Assembly: GCA_964648045.1 (NCBI GenBank)
Contig: CAZYNU010000002.1
Coordinates: 6,782-70,781 of the forward strand
Direction of reading: 5' to 3'
Length of the DNA stretch: 64,000 nucleotides
From: an uncultured Candidatus Peribacteria bacterium
Lineage (GTDB): Bacteria > Patescibacteriota > Gracilibacteria > Peribacterales > Peribacteraceae
Shown: positions 33,837 to 44,942 of the stretch, piece by piece
Layout: each line of letters opens with the position of its first letter
How positions within the stretch are numbered: the stretch's first letter is position 1
Position numbers and translations under genes: made by a program
Notes under the pieces: generated by a model
The model's input: the letters and a program-made list of their open reading frames with translations, nothing else
The model's database searches: none
Told to the model about the DNA's origin: nothing

Positions 33837-33865
33837 TTGACAATATATAATTAGTATTTCATAGT
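33837..33865 (+). promoter_or_regulatory. promoter TTGACA-17-CATAGT in an AT-rich island
   Basis: TTGACA 33837-33842 and CATAGT 33860-33865. Confidence 0.55.
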
Positions 33866-34061
33866 TTGCATAGGACGGACACGTCCTGATTCTTTCGAAC
33901 CATCGCAGTGGTTGTAAGACGGTATCGCACGGTGCGCATGCGTGCGTGCGCAGTGCGCGATACCGCCGCCGGCAACAGCCGGATCTCGCCGCCCACACGG
34001 GGCGGCCAGATGTCTCGCCGGGGAATTTCCCCGGAGGACCGCATCCCCAAGGAGGTTTCGC
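33866..34061 (+). promoter_or_regulatory. long (~190 nt) GC-rich structured 5' leader of the 34062 gene (candidate cis-regulatory RNA)
   Basis: Hairpins at 33873-33886, 33921-33964 (8+2 bp outer stem with an inner TGCGCA/TGCGCA stem), 33988-34006 (7 bp) and 34018-34034 (6 bp). AAGGAGG Shine-Dalgarno at 34049-34055. Confidence 0.45.
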
Positions 34062-34613
34062 ATGCTCCGTTCCATCCTGCTCCTCGCGGCCCTGATCGTG
34101 GCCGCCCCCAGCACCCAGGCCGTCCAGCCCGCCGTCCAGACCAGCCCCGCCGTCCTCAAGATCGTCTGGGTGTCCGACGTCGGCGGCAACCGCATCCTGG
34201 ACGTCACCTGGGACGCCGAACCCGCCATCGCCGACATCGCCAAGATCACCAAGCACCTGGAGACGCTCTCCACCGCCGAGGGCTACACCCTCACCGGCAA
34301 GAGCGACGTCGCGAAGAGCGAGACCAAGACCGAGAAGCGGATCACCCTCGGGTACAGCAAGACCCCGACCACCGGCGTCCTCAACAAGCTCAGCTTCTCC
34401 ACCCAGGTCGGCGGCACGGTCATCTACGCCGCCGAATCGGCCGGCAAGCACGACGAGAAGAGCTTGGCCGCGTTCGTGGAGGGTATCGCCCGCGACGGCG
34501 CGAAGCTCCCCATCACCGACAAGGTGACCGTGAAAACGGACGTGAAGACCGAAGAGAAGAAGAGCACCGTCACGGTGATGTTCAAGGGAGGTGCCTTCGA
34601 CCTCCTGAAGTGA
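34062..34613 (+). CDS. secreted hypothetical protein (183 aa)
   Basis: AAGGAGG Shine-Dalgarno and signal peptide MLRSILLLAALIVAAPSTQA. I recognised no motif. Confidence 0.65.
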   Translation: MLRSILLLAALIVAAPSTQAVQPAVQTSPAVLKIVWVSDVGGNRILDVTWDAEPAIADIAKITKHLETLSTAEGYTLTGKSDVAKSETKTEKRITLGYSKTPTTGVLNKLSFSTQVGGTVIYAAESAGKHDEKSLAAFVEGIARDGAKLPITDKVTVKTDVKTEEKKSTVTVMFKGGAFDLLK

Positions 34614-34739
34614 TTTCCATGAAGTAACCACTGCGACACCCGCCCCGCCTCCGAGATTCGGAGAGCGGGGCTTTTGTACGCACTAAAAAAGAGCGGGAGG
34701 CGCATGGCCTCCCGCGGTGTGGTTTCGGGCTCGGCTGGA

Positions 34740-35318
34740 TCAGCCGGCCATCTCATCGGTTCCGGCCACGATCAGCACCGGACGCTCGAGCTTGAGAATG
34801 TCCGTCGGCGGGAGCAGCTCCTGCTTGCGCTTGCCGCGCTTGAGCTTGAACGGATCGTGGCCGCCCCAGTCCTCCAGCAGGAAGCGGAGGTGGCGGCCGT
34901 TTCCGGCGTGTTTCTGGGGAAAGCGGATGCGGATGCGCAGGGACAAGGTCTCGGCCTTACGGACGCCTCGGATGACCAGGTGCGAAAGGCGATCGCCTTC
35001 GCCCATCCGGATCGCGACCTCGCCCAAGATGCGTCCGCCGCCGAGCGGGAGATCGCCGAAGTGGGTCGTGACGCTGATGGCAGCGCAGGCGTCGGCGCCG
35101 TGGCAGCCGAGCCACTCATGCAGGCGGTCGCTGTCCGCGCCGGTGAGGCGGCGCTCGCTCGCGGTGACCAGGAACACGTACGCGAACTCGCTCAGTCCGC
35201 GCTCTTCGCTCGGCAAGTAATCGGCCTCGTAGGCCTTCAAGATAGCGGCCAGGACGACCTCGAGGTCACTTTCGACGCGCAGTGCGAACGACTGCAGGGT
35301 GGGGACGATGCCCGCCAT
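34740..35318 (-). CDS. hypothetical protein (192 aa)
   Basis: AAGGAGAAGGGT precedes the ATG at 35318, and the gene has its own upstream promoter. The overlapping plus-strand 305-aa ORF is judged spurious. Confidence 0.6.
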   Translation of the reverse strand: MAGIVPTLQSFALRVESDLEVVLAAILKAYEADYLPSEERGLSEFAYVFLVTASERRLTGADSDRLHEWLGCHGADACAAISVTTHFGDLPLGGGRILGEVAIRMGEGDRLSHLVIRGVRKAETLSLRIRIRFPQKHAGNGRHLRFLLEDWGGHDPFKLKRGKRKQELLPPTDILKLERPVLIVAGTDEMAG

Positions 35319-35368
35319 ACCCTTCTCCTTACTGCCAGATCCTCAGTGATGGAACGAACCAAATGCTA

Positions 35369-35396
35369 TTTATATTCAAGTTTTACATATTGTCAA
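35369..35396 (-). promoter_or_regulatory. promoter TTGACA-16-TATAAA (minus strand) for the 34740-35318 gene
   Basis: Reverse complement of 35391-35396 is TTGACA; reverse complement of 35369-35374 is TATAAA. It lies in an AT-rich island. Confidence 0.6.
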
Positions 35397-35443
35397 ATAC
35401 TCACGAGACTGACTCTGCCCCGGGAAACCCCTATACTCCCCCC

Positions 35444-37210
35444 ATGTTACGCACCCACACCTGCGGAGAACTCCGCCCCGAGCATGTTTCCCAGACCGTC
35501 ACGCTGTGCGGGTGGGTCAATCGCCGCCGCGACCATGGCGGACTCATCTTCCTGGATGTGCGTGACCACTACGGCATCACCCAGATCGTGATCAATCCTG
35601 AAGATCAGGACATGTTCGCCGCGGCCGAGAAGGTACGCAGCGAGTGGGTGCTCAAGATCGACGGCGAGGTGGTGAAGCGCGCCGACAGCGCCGTGCGCGC
35701 CGAGCAGCCGACGGGAGCCATTGAGGTGAAGGCGAAGAAGATCGAGGTGCTGAGCGAGGCCCAGACGCCCCCCTTCGAGATCGACCAGGAGAAGGAGGTA
35801 AACGAGGAGGTGCGCTTGAAGTACCGCTACCTCGACCTGCGCCGCCCGCGCATGCAGGAGATTATGGTCAACCGCGACCGCCTGATCACGCACATCCGCG
35901 AGTACATGCACCGCCTCAAGTTTACCGAGGTGACCACGCCGATCCTGGCCAACAGTAGCCCCGAAGGCGCGCGCGACTACCTGGTTCCCAGCCGCATTCA
36001 CCCGGGCCAGTTCTACGCCCTGCCGCAGGCCCCGCAGCAGTTCAAACAGCTGCTCATGGTCGCCGGCCTCGACCGCTACTTCCAGATCGCCCCGTGCTTC
36101 CGCGACGAGGACCCGCGCGCCGACCGCCATCCCGGCGAGTTCTACCAGCTCGACCTGGAGATGAGTTTCGTCACACAGGAGGATGTGTGGAACACCGTCG
36201 AGCCTTTATTCGTCGAACTAACGGATAAGTTCTCCGATAAGAAGCTGATCAACCCAGGCCAACCCTTCCCGCGCATCCCTTGGAAGGAGGCCATGAACCG
36301 CTTCGGCGTCGACAAGCCCGACCTGCGCTACAGCCTGGAGATCCAGCCCGTGACGGAGCTGGTGAAAGACTGTGGTTTCTCGGTGTTCGCCCAGGCCGTG
36401 GAGGCCAAGGGCGTGGTGCACGCGCTCAAGGTGGAAGGGGCCGCCGACTTCACGCGCGGCCAGATCGACGAGTTGACGCAGGTGGCCAAAGACGCCGGTG
36501 CTAAGGGCTTGGCGTACATCCTGGTGAAGGACGAAATCTCTTCCCCGATCGTGAAGTTCCTGGGCGACGACCTGACGAAGAAGCTCCTCGAGCACGTCGG
36601 CGCCAAGAAAGGTGATGCCGTCTTCTTCGCCGCCGACTCGTGGAAGGGCGCCTGCAAGGCGCTCGGCCAGGTGCGCATCGCCTGCGCCAAGATCCTCGGC
36701 CTGCAGGATCCCCAGAAGGCCGCCTGGGTCTGGATCACCGACTTCCCGATGTACGAGCATAACGACGAGGGCAAGGTCGACTTCTCGCACAACCCGTTCT
36801 CCATGCCTCAAGGCGGCATGGAGGCGCTGCTCACCAAAGATCCGCTTGAGATCCTCGCCTACCAGTACGACATCGTCTGCAACGGCTTCGAGCTCACCTC
36901 GGGCGCCATCCGCAATCACCGCCCCGACATCATGTATAAGGCCTTCGAAATCGCTGGCTACACCAAAGAGGACGTCGACCAAAAATTCGGCGGCATGATC
37001 TCTGCCTTTAAGTTCGGCGCACCCCCGCACGGCGGCTGCGCTCCCGGCATAGACCGCCTAATGATGGTGCTTTGGGAATGCCCAAGTATCCGCGACATCT
37101 ATGCCTTCCCCAAAAACGGCCGCGCTCAGGACGTGATGATGAATGCGCCGTCGTTCGTGCAACAGAAGCAGCTCGACGAGCTCAGCATTAAGGTCATAGA
37201 GAGAAAATGA
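35444..37210 (+). CDS. aspS: aspartate--tRNA ligase
   Basis: MLRTHTCGELRPEHVSQTVTLCGWVNRRRDHGGLIFLDVRDHYG, FYALPQAPQQFKQLLM, FRDEDPRADR and GGCAPGIDRL. TATACT (35432-35437) lies 6 nt before the ATG at 35444, and there is no Shine-Dalgarno. Confidence 0.95.
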   Translation: MLRTHTCGELRPEHVSQTVTLCGWVNRRRDHGGLIFLDVRDHYGITQIVINPEDQDMFAAAEKVRSEWVLKIDGEVVKRADSAVRAEQPTGAIEVKAKKIEVLSEAQTPPFEIDQEKEVNEEVRLKYRYLDLRRPRMQEIMVNRDRLITHIREYMHRLKFTEVTTPILANSSPEGARDYLVPSRIHPGQFYALPQAPQQFKQLLMVAGLDRYFQIAPCFRDEDPRADRHPGEFYQLDLEMSFVTQEDVWNTVEPLFVELTDKFSDKKLINPGQPFPRIPWKEAMNRFGVDKPDLRYSLEIQPVTELVKDCGFSVFAQAVEAKGVVHALKVEGAADFTRGQIDELTQVAKDAGAKGLAYILVKDEISSPIVKFLGDDLTKKLLEHVGAKKGDAVFFAADSWKGACKALGQVRIACAKILGLQDPQKAAWVWITDFPMYEHNDEGKVDFSHNPFSMPQGGMEALLTKDPLEILAYQYDIVCNGFELTSGAIRNHRPDIMYKAFEIAGYTKEDVDQKFGGMISAFKFGAPPHGGCAPGIDRLMMVLWECPSIRDIYAFPKNGRAQDVMMNAPSFVQQKQLDELSIKVIERK

Positions 37211-37253
37211 TGTTTTGAGCCAATCCGTCAGAAGTGCTAAAAAGTCTCTTTTA

Positions 37254-37262
37254 TGGTATAAT
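37254..37262 (+). promoter_or_regulatory. extended -10 element TGgTATAAT
   Basis: It lies 11 nt upstream of the ATG at 37274. Confidence 0.55.
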
Positions 37263-37273
37263 AATCTAAAGAG

Positions 37274-38257
37274 ATGCCCACGCACAACGACCCCCAGGCC
37301 GAGAAGGAGCAGCGCATGGCCGACGTGGCCGCGTTAGTGGAGCGCCGCCAAGAGGACGTGCGTGCCGAGGAGCAGCGCCAGGCTGCCCGTGCGGAGACGT
37401 TGGAGGCGGTGGTAAAACAAGAGGAAGCCCAACTGCAACAAGAACTGCAATTGATTGAGCGCAAACGGGAGGCTGCGGCGGCCTGGCGGGCCGAGCAGAA
37501 GGAACAGAAGCGCGCGCTGGCGGCGGAGCGATTACGCAAGCAACAGGCCCTGGAGCACGAGCTGCAACTCAAAGCTCAGGCTCAAGCCGAACGTGAGAAG
37601 CGCCAGGCCTACATGGACGCAGTCCACCGGATCGCCGCGCAAAAACGCCTCAAGGCTGCGCGCCTGGCGGCGGAGCGTGAGGAGGAACTAACCAACAAAG
37701 ACGCAGAGCATCGCGAACATGCGGCCAACGTCAGTAGCACCATTCAGCACGAGAGCGCCCTGCGTGAGATCGAACGTCGCGGTGAGAGTCGCCGCAAGGA
37801 ATTGCAGGCCCAGTTCCGCAAGCGCCGTCTTGAACTCGACCAATGGGCACAGCGGCAAGTGTCACAGATCACCGGCGTACAAGGCCCACTTTCCACGCGC
37901 GACCGCCTCACGCCCGACCAACGTCGGCGGGTGCAAATGGTGGAGCAGGAGCGGGAACGCAACCTGGAGACGATGGCCATTGAAGAGAAGCAACAGAACC
38001 AAGCCTTGGAAGCCGGCCTGGTTCGTGAGCGGGCCGCCGCCGATCAACTCTATAAGAACCGCACCGACGTTACCGCTCGTGCCAAGCGCCAAAGTGACGA
38101 CGCAGCCGCGGCCCACCGTGAAGACACGATGAACCGCGCCGCGACGCGCGCCAACAGCTTCTCGGTGACTGGCCATGCCCAAACGACGACCGAAAAGGAC
38201 ACGTTGGCCAAAGACAAGGCTGCTGTGGCCCGGCGGCAGCCTCGCACCCTATACTGA
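37274..38257 (+). CDS. highly charged E/R/Q/A-rich coiled-coil protein (327 aa)
   Basis: Long heptad-like stretches such as EEAQLQQELQLIERKREAAAAWRAEQKEQKRALAAERLRKQQALEHELQLKAQAQAEREKR. No enzymatic motif. Confidence 0.6.
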   Translation: MPTHNDPQAEKEQRMADVAALVERRQEDVRAEEQRQAARAETLEAVVKQEEAQLQQELQLIERKREAAAAWRAEQKEQKRALAAERLRKQQALEHELQLKAQAQAEREKRQAYMDAVHRIAAQKRLKAARLAAEREEELTNKDAEHREHAANVSSTIQHESALREIERRGESRRKELQAQFRKRRLELDQWAQRQVSQITGVQGPLSTRDRLTPDQRRRVQMVEQERERNLETMAIEEKQQNQALEAGLVRERAAADQLYKNRTDVTARAKRQSDDAAAAHREDTMNRAATRANSFSVTGHAQTTTEKDTLAKDKAAVARRQPRTLY

Positions 38258-38264
38258 CCATGTG

Positions 38265-38350
38265 CCGGGGTGGCGGAATGGCAGACGCGCCAGCCTTAGG
38301 AGCTGGTGGGATTTATCCCTTGGAGGTTCGACCCCTCTCCCCGGCACCAG
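38265..38350 (+). tRNA. tRNA-Leu (anticodon UAG), class II long variable arm, CCA encoded
   Basis: Acceptor GCCGGGG/CCCCGGC. Anticodon stem-loop CCAGC-CTTAGGA-GCTGG. T arm GGAGG-TTCGACC-CCTCT. Length 86 nt. Confidence 0.9.
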
Positions 38351-38393
38351 CAAAACCTGCGCCTCATTTGGCATGGATGAGGCCTTGTGCCCC

Positions 38394-38639
38394 TTACGTC
38401 CGACGTACCAGGCGGACAAGTCCCACGAACAGAACAGCGCCGACGACGGCCATCACGATGGTGCCGAGCGTGCCGTAGGCCGTGATGCCGAGCAGGTCGA
38501 AGACCCAGCCGCCGACCACGGCGCCAATGATCCCTAGGACAATGTCTCCAAGAAGGCCATATCCTTCGCCTTTTACGAGTAAGCCTGTCAGCCAGCCAGC
38601 AACCAGGCCGATGAGGATGTACCAGAGCAGGTGTTCCAT
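38394..38639 (-). CDS. GlsB/YeaQ/YmgE-family small membrane protein (transglycosylase-associated)
   Basis: MEHLLWYILIGLVAGWLTGLLVKGEGYGLLGDIVLGIIGAVVGGWVF. The start is the ATG at 38639. Confidence 0.75.
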   Translation of the reverse strand: MEHLLWYILIGLVAGWLTGLLVKGEGYGLLGDIVLGIIGAVVGGWVFDLLGITAYGTLGTIVMAVVGAVLFVGLVRLVRRT

Positions 38640-38650
38640 GGGGGCGATGA

Positions 38651-38701
38651 GAGGAAAAAGATGGGGGCAGGCGTCGCAGAACCAATCTCGCGCCTGCCCC
38701 C
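38651..38701 (-). promoter_or_regulatory. 11-bp GC hairpin plus T-rich tract immediately upstream of the glsB-like start (terminator or attenuator-like)
   Basis: Minus strand reads GGGGGCAGGCG-(17 nt)-CGCCTGCCCCC then ATCTTTTTCC. It ends about 11 nt before the ATG. Confidence 0.45.
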
Positions 38702-38764
38702 GCACCACCGAAGACGCCAGAGTTGGGCAGTTCTTACCGGTTGATAGACAGCGTGCATGCGTCT

Positions 38765-38796
38765 AGAAAAACCACCCCTTCAGTGAGAAGGGGTGG
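38765..38796 (-). terminator. intrinsic terminator after the desaturase gene
   Basis: Minus strand reads CCACCCCTTC-TCACT-GAAGGGGTGG followed by TTTTTCT. Confidence 0.85.
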
Positions 38797-38825
38797 CGAA
38801 TGGTTGCTGTTGGTGAACAGGCTGC

Positions 38826-39638
38826 CTACAAGGGTGTCGGCTCCTTTTTCCGAGGCTCACGAATGTCCCAGACAATGCCCAGAGCGGCCAAGAGGAGGAG
38901 GATGTAGTAGGTGAAGTCCACCTGCCACCAGAGCCGTCCCTGGCGGGTGCACGACGGCTCGTAATGGTGGTTGTTATGCCATCCCTCACCCATCGTCAGG
39001 ATGGCCATCAGCCAGTTATTCCGACTGTGGTCCTTGGTTTGGAAGGGGCGAGAGCCCCAGAGGTGACAGACTGAATTCACCGTGAAGGTCGCGTGGTAGA
39101 GCACCACGGTGGAAACGACGAAGCCCCACGCCAGTCCCGGCAAGCCCCAGAACCACCAACAGAAGAAGCCGAGCAAAATGCCGGGCGCGGCGTGGAACCG
39201 ATCGAGTAGCCGCAGTTCCCAGAATTTCTCCAAGTCTTTGGGCGGCTCACTCATTTCCTTCGTATCGCCGGCCGAGATCCAGCCGATGTGGGCGTAGAAC
39301 CAACTGTGGGTGATGGGGGAGTGTGGATCTTGCTCGGTGTCACTGTGGATGTGGTGCAGGCGGTGAGTCCTGGCCCACCAGAGCGGCCCCTTCTGCACCG
39401 CCATGCAACCGACGAACGACAGGATGAACTGAAAGAGGCGCGAGGTACGGAAGCTGCGGTGGGCGAGATACCGGTGGTACCCCGCCGTGATCGCGAACAT
39501 CCGAACAAGGTACAAGATGCCCCCAACGACGATGACCTCCAGCGTGGGAACGATGAGGAACAGCGTGAGCACCGCCGCCACATGCAATGCGTAAAAGAAC
39601 ATGTTCGTCAGCAAGTGACGAGGAAACGACGCCGTCAT
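38826..39638 (-). CDS. membrane acyl-CoA/acyl-lipid delta-9-type fatty acid desaturase
   Basis: Three His boxes: GYHRYLAHRSF, HRLHHIHSDTEQDPHSP and GEGWHNNHHYEPS. GGAGG Shine-Dalgarno. Confidence 0.85.
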   Translation of the reverse strand: MTASFPRHLLTNMFFYALHVAAVLTLFLIVPTLEVIVVGGILYLVRMFAITAGYHRYLAHRSFRTSRLFQFILSFVGCMAVQKGPLWWARTHRLHHIHSDTEQDPHSPITHSWFYAHIGWISAGDTKEMSEPPKDLEKFWELRLLDRFHAAPGILLGFFCWWFWGLPGLAWGFVVSTVVLYHATFTVNSVCHLWGSRPFQTKDHSRNNWLMAILTMGEGWHNNHHYEPSCTRQGRLWWQVDFTYYILLLLAALGIVWDIREPRKKEPTPL

Positions 39639-39726
39639 GACAGACCTCCAGGTTTGTAGAAAGCCGTGTTGCCAACGAACGCCTCAGGCGCCCGTTGTTT
39701 GACAACATGGCGATTGAGATGGCGTT

Positions 39727-39754
39727 ATTCTACTGGTAAGCCTCACGACTCCAA
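39727..39754 (-). promoter_or_regulatory. promoter TTGGAG-16-TAGAAT (minus strand) for the desaturase gene
   Basis: Reverse complement of 39749-39754 is TTGGAG; reverse complement of 39727-39732 is TAGAAT. It predicts a leader of about 80 nt. Confidence 0.5.
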
Positions 39755-39771
39755 GTGGGAATCGTACTGAT

Positions 39772-40200
39772 TTAGGCCGCCAAATAGCGAGGTCGGCGCC
39801 ATTCGGCATCCCGAGCCGAGGCTCGCTTCGAGAGTTGGACGGCATACTCGCGCAGGGCGTTCACTTCGTGAATATCGGCGTCGTGCGGGGCCGAGACCAC
39901 GGCCTCAAGGCGGGCGCTGATCGCTTCGATCTCGGCAGCTAGTTGATCGGTGGTCTGCACACGCTCACGACGATCGGGCATGACGGCATCAAGACTCTCC
40001 CAAAGGAGCACGGTGGAGAGCACGTCGTTCAATTCACGGCGCAGGCGCTTGGCGAGCGCGGAGACTTTCGCGAAGGTCTCCTGACGCTTAAGGCGGAGGT
40101 TATCCAGCTCGATGGCGGCATTGATCGCTTCCCATGGCAAACGCGCGTCGTCGGGCAAAAGATCGGCAGCGGGATCGTCGTCGCGTTCGGGTGGAGCCAT
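39772..40200 (-). CDS. hypothetical protein (142 aa), helical and charged
   Basis: TACCAT (40207-40212, minus strand) lies 6 nt before the ATG at 40200. I recognised no motif. Confidence 0.5.
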   Translation of the reverse strand: MAPPERDDDPAADLLPDDARLPWEAINAAIELDNLRLKRQETFAKVSALAKRLRRELNDVLSTVLLWESLDAVMPDRRERVQTTDQLAAEIEAISARLEAVVSAPHDADIHEVNALREYAVQLSKRASARDAEWRRPRYLAA

Positions 40201-40216
40201 ACGCCAATGGTAGCGC

Positions 40217-43411
<3,195 letters not shown>

Positions 43412-43470
43412 TCGCCGAACACGGGATTTCGCCCTCCCCGATCACGGGGAAGGTACAACTGTAGTATCGT

Positions 43471-44598
43471 TCATTTCTCGGGTAAACGCAACGGCATGAT
43501 CAGGTGCAAAAAGCGCGGCACACCGCTGATAGCAAAGACCGCGGGGTGCATCCCGTCGCTCACTTTCATCTCCACCGTGTCGCCGCCAACGTGCGAGAGG
43601 AAGTCGAGCAGATAGGCGGAAGAGAGAGCGATGCGCGTGTCGGTGCCCGACACCTGGGCGTTTACCTCCGCCTCGTCGCGGCCGAAAGCGGTCTGCGGCG
43701 TGGTTACCGAAACCTTGCCACCCTGCGAGCGGATCGTCAGGTTGTTATTTGCCTCCTTGGCGAAGTAGTGCAAACGGCGCGCGGCCGTCATCAGTTCGCC
43801 GGTTGGAAACTGCATGAGCGCCGGCGTCTCCTTGGGGATAATTTGCTTGTAGTCGGGGAACTTCCCCTCGATGAGACGAGAGAGAAGACGCGTGGATCCC
43901 ACGTTGAATTCCACCTGCTGTGAACTAAGTACAATCTCGACGGTCGGCGACGATTCACCCTTACCCGCCTTTTTGCCTGCGAGCACCGAGCGGAGTTCGT
44001 CGAGCACTTTCACCGGAATAATGCAGGCAATCGACGCCGCGTCGCCCGGAAGCGGCAGGCGAATTTCCGAGAGGCGATAACTATCGGTGGCCGCCAGAAT
44101 CAGTTCACCACTCTCACAGCGAACAGACACGCCCGACAAGACCGGACGAAGTGCCGTGCGAGCGCAAGAAAACGTCACCAAATGCAGTGCGTCGAGCAGC
44201 AAAGCGCTATCCACCACTAAGGCACTCTGTCGTTCGATAGTGGGAATGGCGGGATAGTCGGCAGCCGCCTCACCAGCCAAATTGGCCTTGGCCTTGGCCG
44301 ACGAACACTTCAACTGCGTACCGTCCTTCGTTTCAAATAACACTTCTGCGTCATTGTTGTACTGAACAAAGTTTAACAGCGCTTTCGCAGGCACTGTCAG
44401 TGACCCCTCCGCTTCAACCTGCGCATCGATGGAACTCACAATCGACAACTCAAGATCGGTGGCGCTCAATGTGCACCGGCCTCCTTCCACTTTTAAAAGA
44501 ACGTTCCCAAGAATAGGGAGCGCCTGTTGGGCACCGATCGCCCGCGTGACGACCTGGAGTGCCTGGAGTATTGCCGGAGTTTGGCACAGGAACTTCAT
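43471..44598 (-). CDS. dnaN: DNA polymerase III beta subunit (sliding clamp)
   Basis: MKFLCQTPAILQALQVVTRAIGAQQALPILGNVLL..., ...LSRLIEGKFPDYKQIIP and ...LIMPLRL. I chose the start at the ATG at 44598. The 17-codon upstream extension is AT-rich and atypical for coding sequence here. Confidence 0.9.
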   Translation of the reverse strand: MKFLCQTPAILQALQVVTRAIGAQQALPILGNVLLKVEGGRCTLSATDLELSIVSSIDAQVEAEGSLTVPAKALLNFVQYNNDAEVLFETKDGTQLKCSSAKAKANLAGEAAADYPAIPTIERQSALVVDSALLLDALHLVTFSCARTALRPVLSGVSVRCESGELILAATDSYRLSEIRLPLPGDAASIACIIPVKVLDELRSVLAGKKAGKGESSPTVEIVLSSQQVEFNVGSTRLLSRLIEGKFPDYKQIIPKETPALMQFPTGELMTAARRLHYFAKEANNNLTIRSQGGKVSVTTPQTAFGRDEAEVNAQVSGTDTRIALSSAYLLDFLSHVGGDTVEMKVSDGMHPAVFAISGVPRFLHLIMPLRLPEK

Positions 44599-44942
44599 GT
44601 GTATAAGAAAGGAAGTAATAATAGCATATATTGAATTAGTCATCTTCATACACCCTTCCGTCGGGCACCGAAACGACGATCAATCTGTGGAGAAGTGTGA
44701 CAGGACGGTTGTACAAAGGGTGTTTTCTCGCCAGAATTCTGATTGATCATTCTGGCAGACGGTTGATCAGGTGGGGTGGCGATGTGGAAAACTTGTGGAG
44801 CAGACGTTGCCGATGGCCAAGAGAAGCCAACTTCTTGAATATGGCTTATGTAAGCCAATTATGAAGAACCATGTGGGTAACTTGGCAGAGAGTGCGGGGA
44901 ACGTCTCGAGGCGCTTTCCACACCTCTCCACCCGATGTGCGA
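44599..44942. other. long non-coding spacer upstream of dnaN with DnaA-box-like 9-mers and an AT-rich end (candidate oriC)
   Basis: TGTGGAGAA 44686-44694, TGTGGAAAA 44783-44791, TGTGGAGCA 44794-44802 and TGTGGGTAA 44872-44880, compared with consensus TGTGGATAA. There is also a reverse CTTTCCACA at 44914-44922. An AT-rich tract lies at 44599-44650. Hairpin at 44730-44756 and palindrome at 44842-44857. Confidence 0.4.

Noticed and set aside
33834-34631. 265-aa minus-strand ORF and 239-aa plus-strand ORF (33908-34627) overlapping the 34062 gene
   Set aside because: The chosen frame (34062-34613) has a consensus AAGGAGG SD, a clean signal peptide and G/C-ending codons. The alternatives translate to Arg/Gly/Pro-rich low-complexity sequence and would run through the hairpin-rich leader.
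34740-35318. Possible PilZ-like c-di-GMP binding motif (RGVRK ... LLEDWGGH) in the 192-aa hypothetical protein
   Set aside because: It only loosely resembles the RxxxR ... D/NxSxxG signature. The spacing and residues do not match well enough to make the call without a profile search.
38265-38350. tRNA-Leu (and tRNA-Thr at 61494-61568) as possible integration sites of mobile elements
   Set aside because: No integrase, transposase or phage-like genes flank either tRNA, and I saw no direct repeat of the tRNA 3' end nearby. The downstream genes look chromosomal.
44599-44649. 17-codon N-terminal extension of dnaN (MKMTNSIYAIITSFLIH...)
   Set aside because: It is encoded by strongly AT-rich sequence, unlike coding DNA elsewhere in the window. 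Sliding clamps typically begin MKF..., which matches the internal Met at 44598. A weak GGAAGGG lies before the upstream ATG, so this is not fully excluded.
44679-44770. Three GATC-containing TGATCA-like sites in the dnaN upstream spacer, as possible Dam-type origin methylation sites
   Set aside because: Three sites in about 90 nt is not compelling. Dam-dependent origin control is restricted to particular lineages, and no methyltransferase is visible here.
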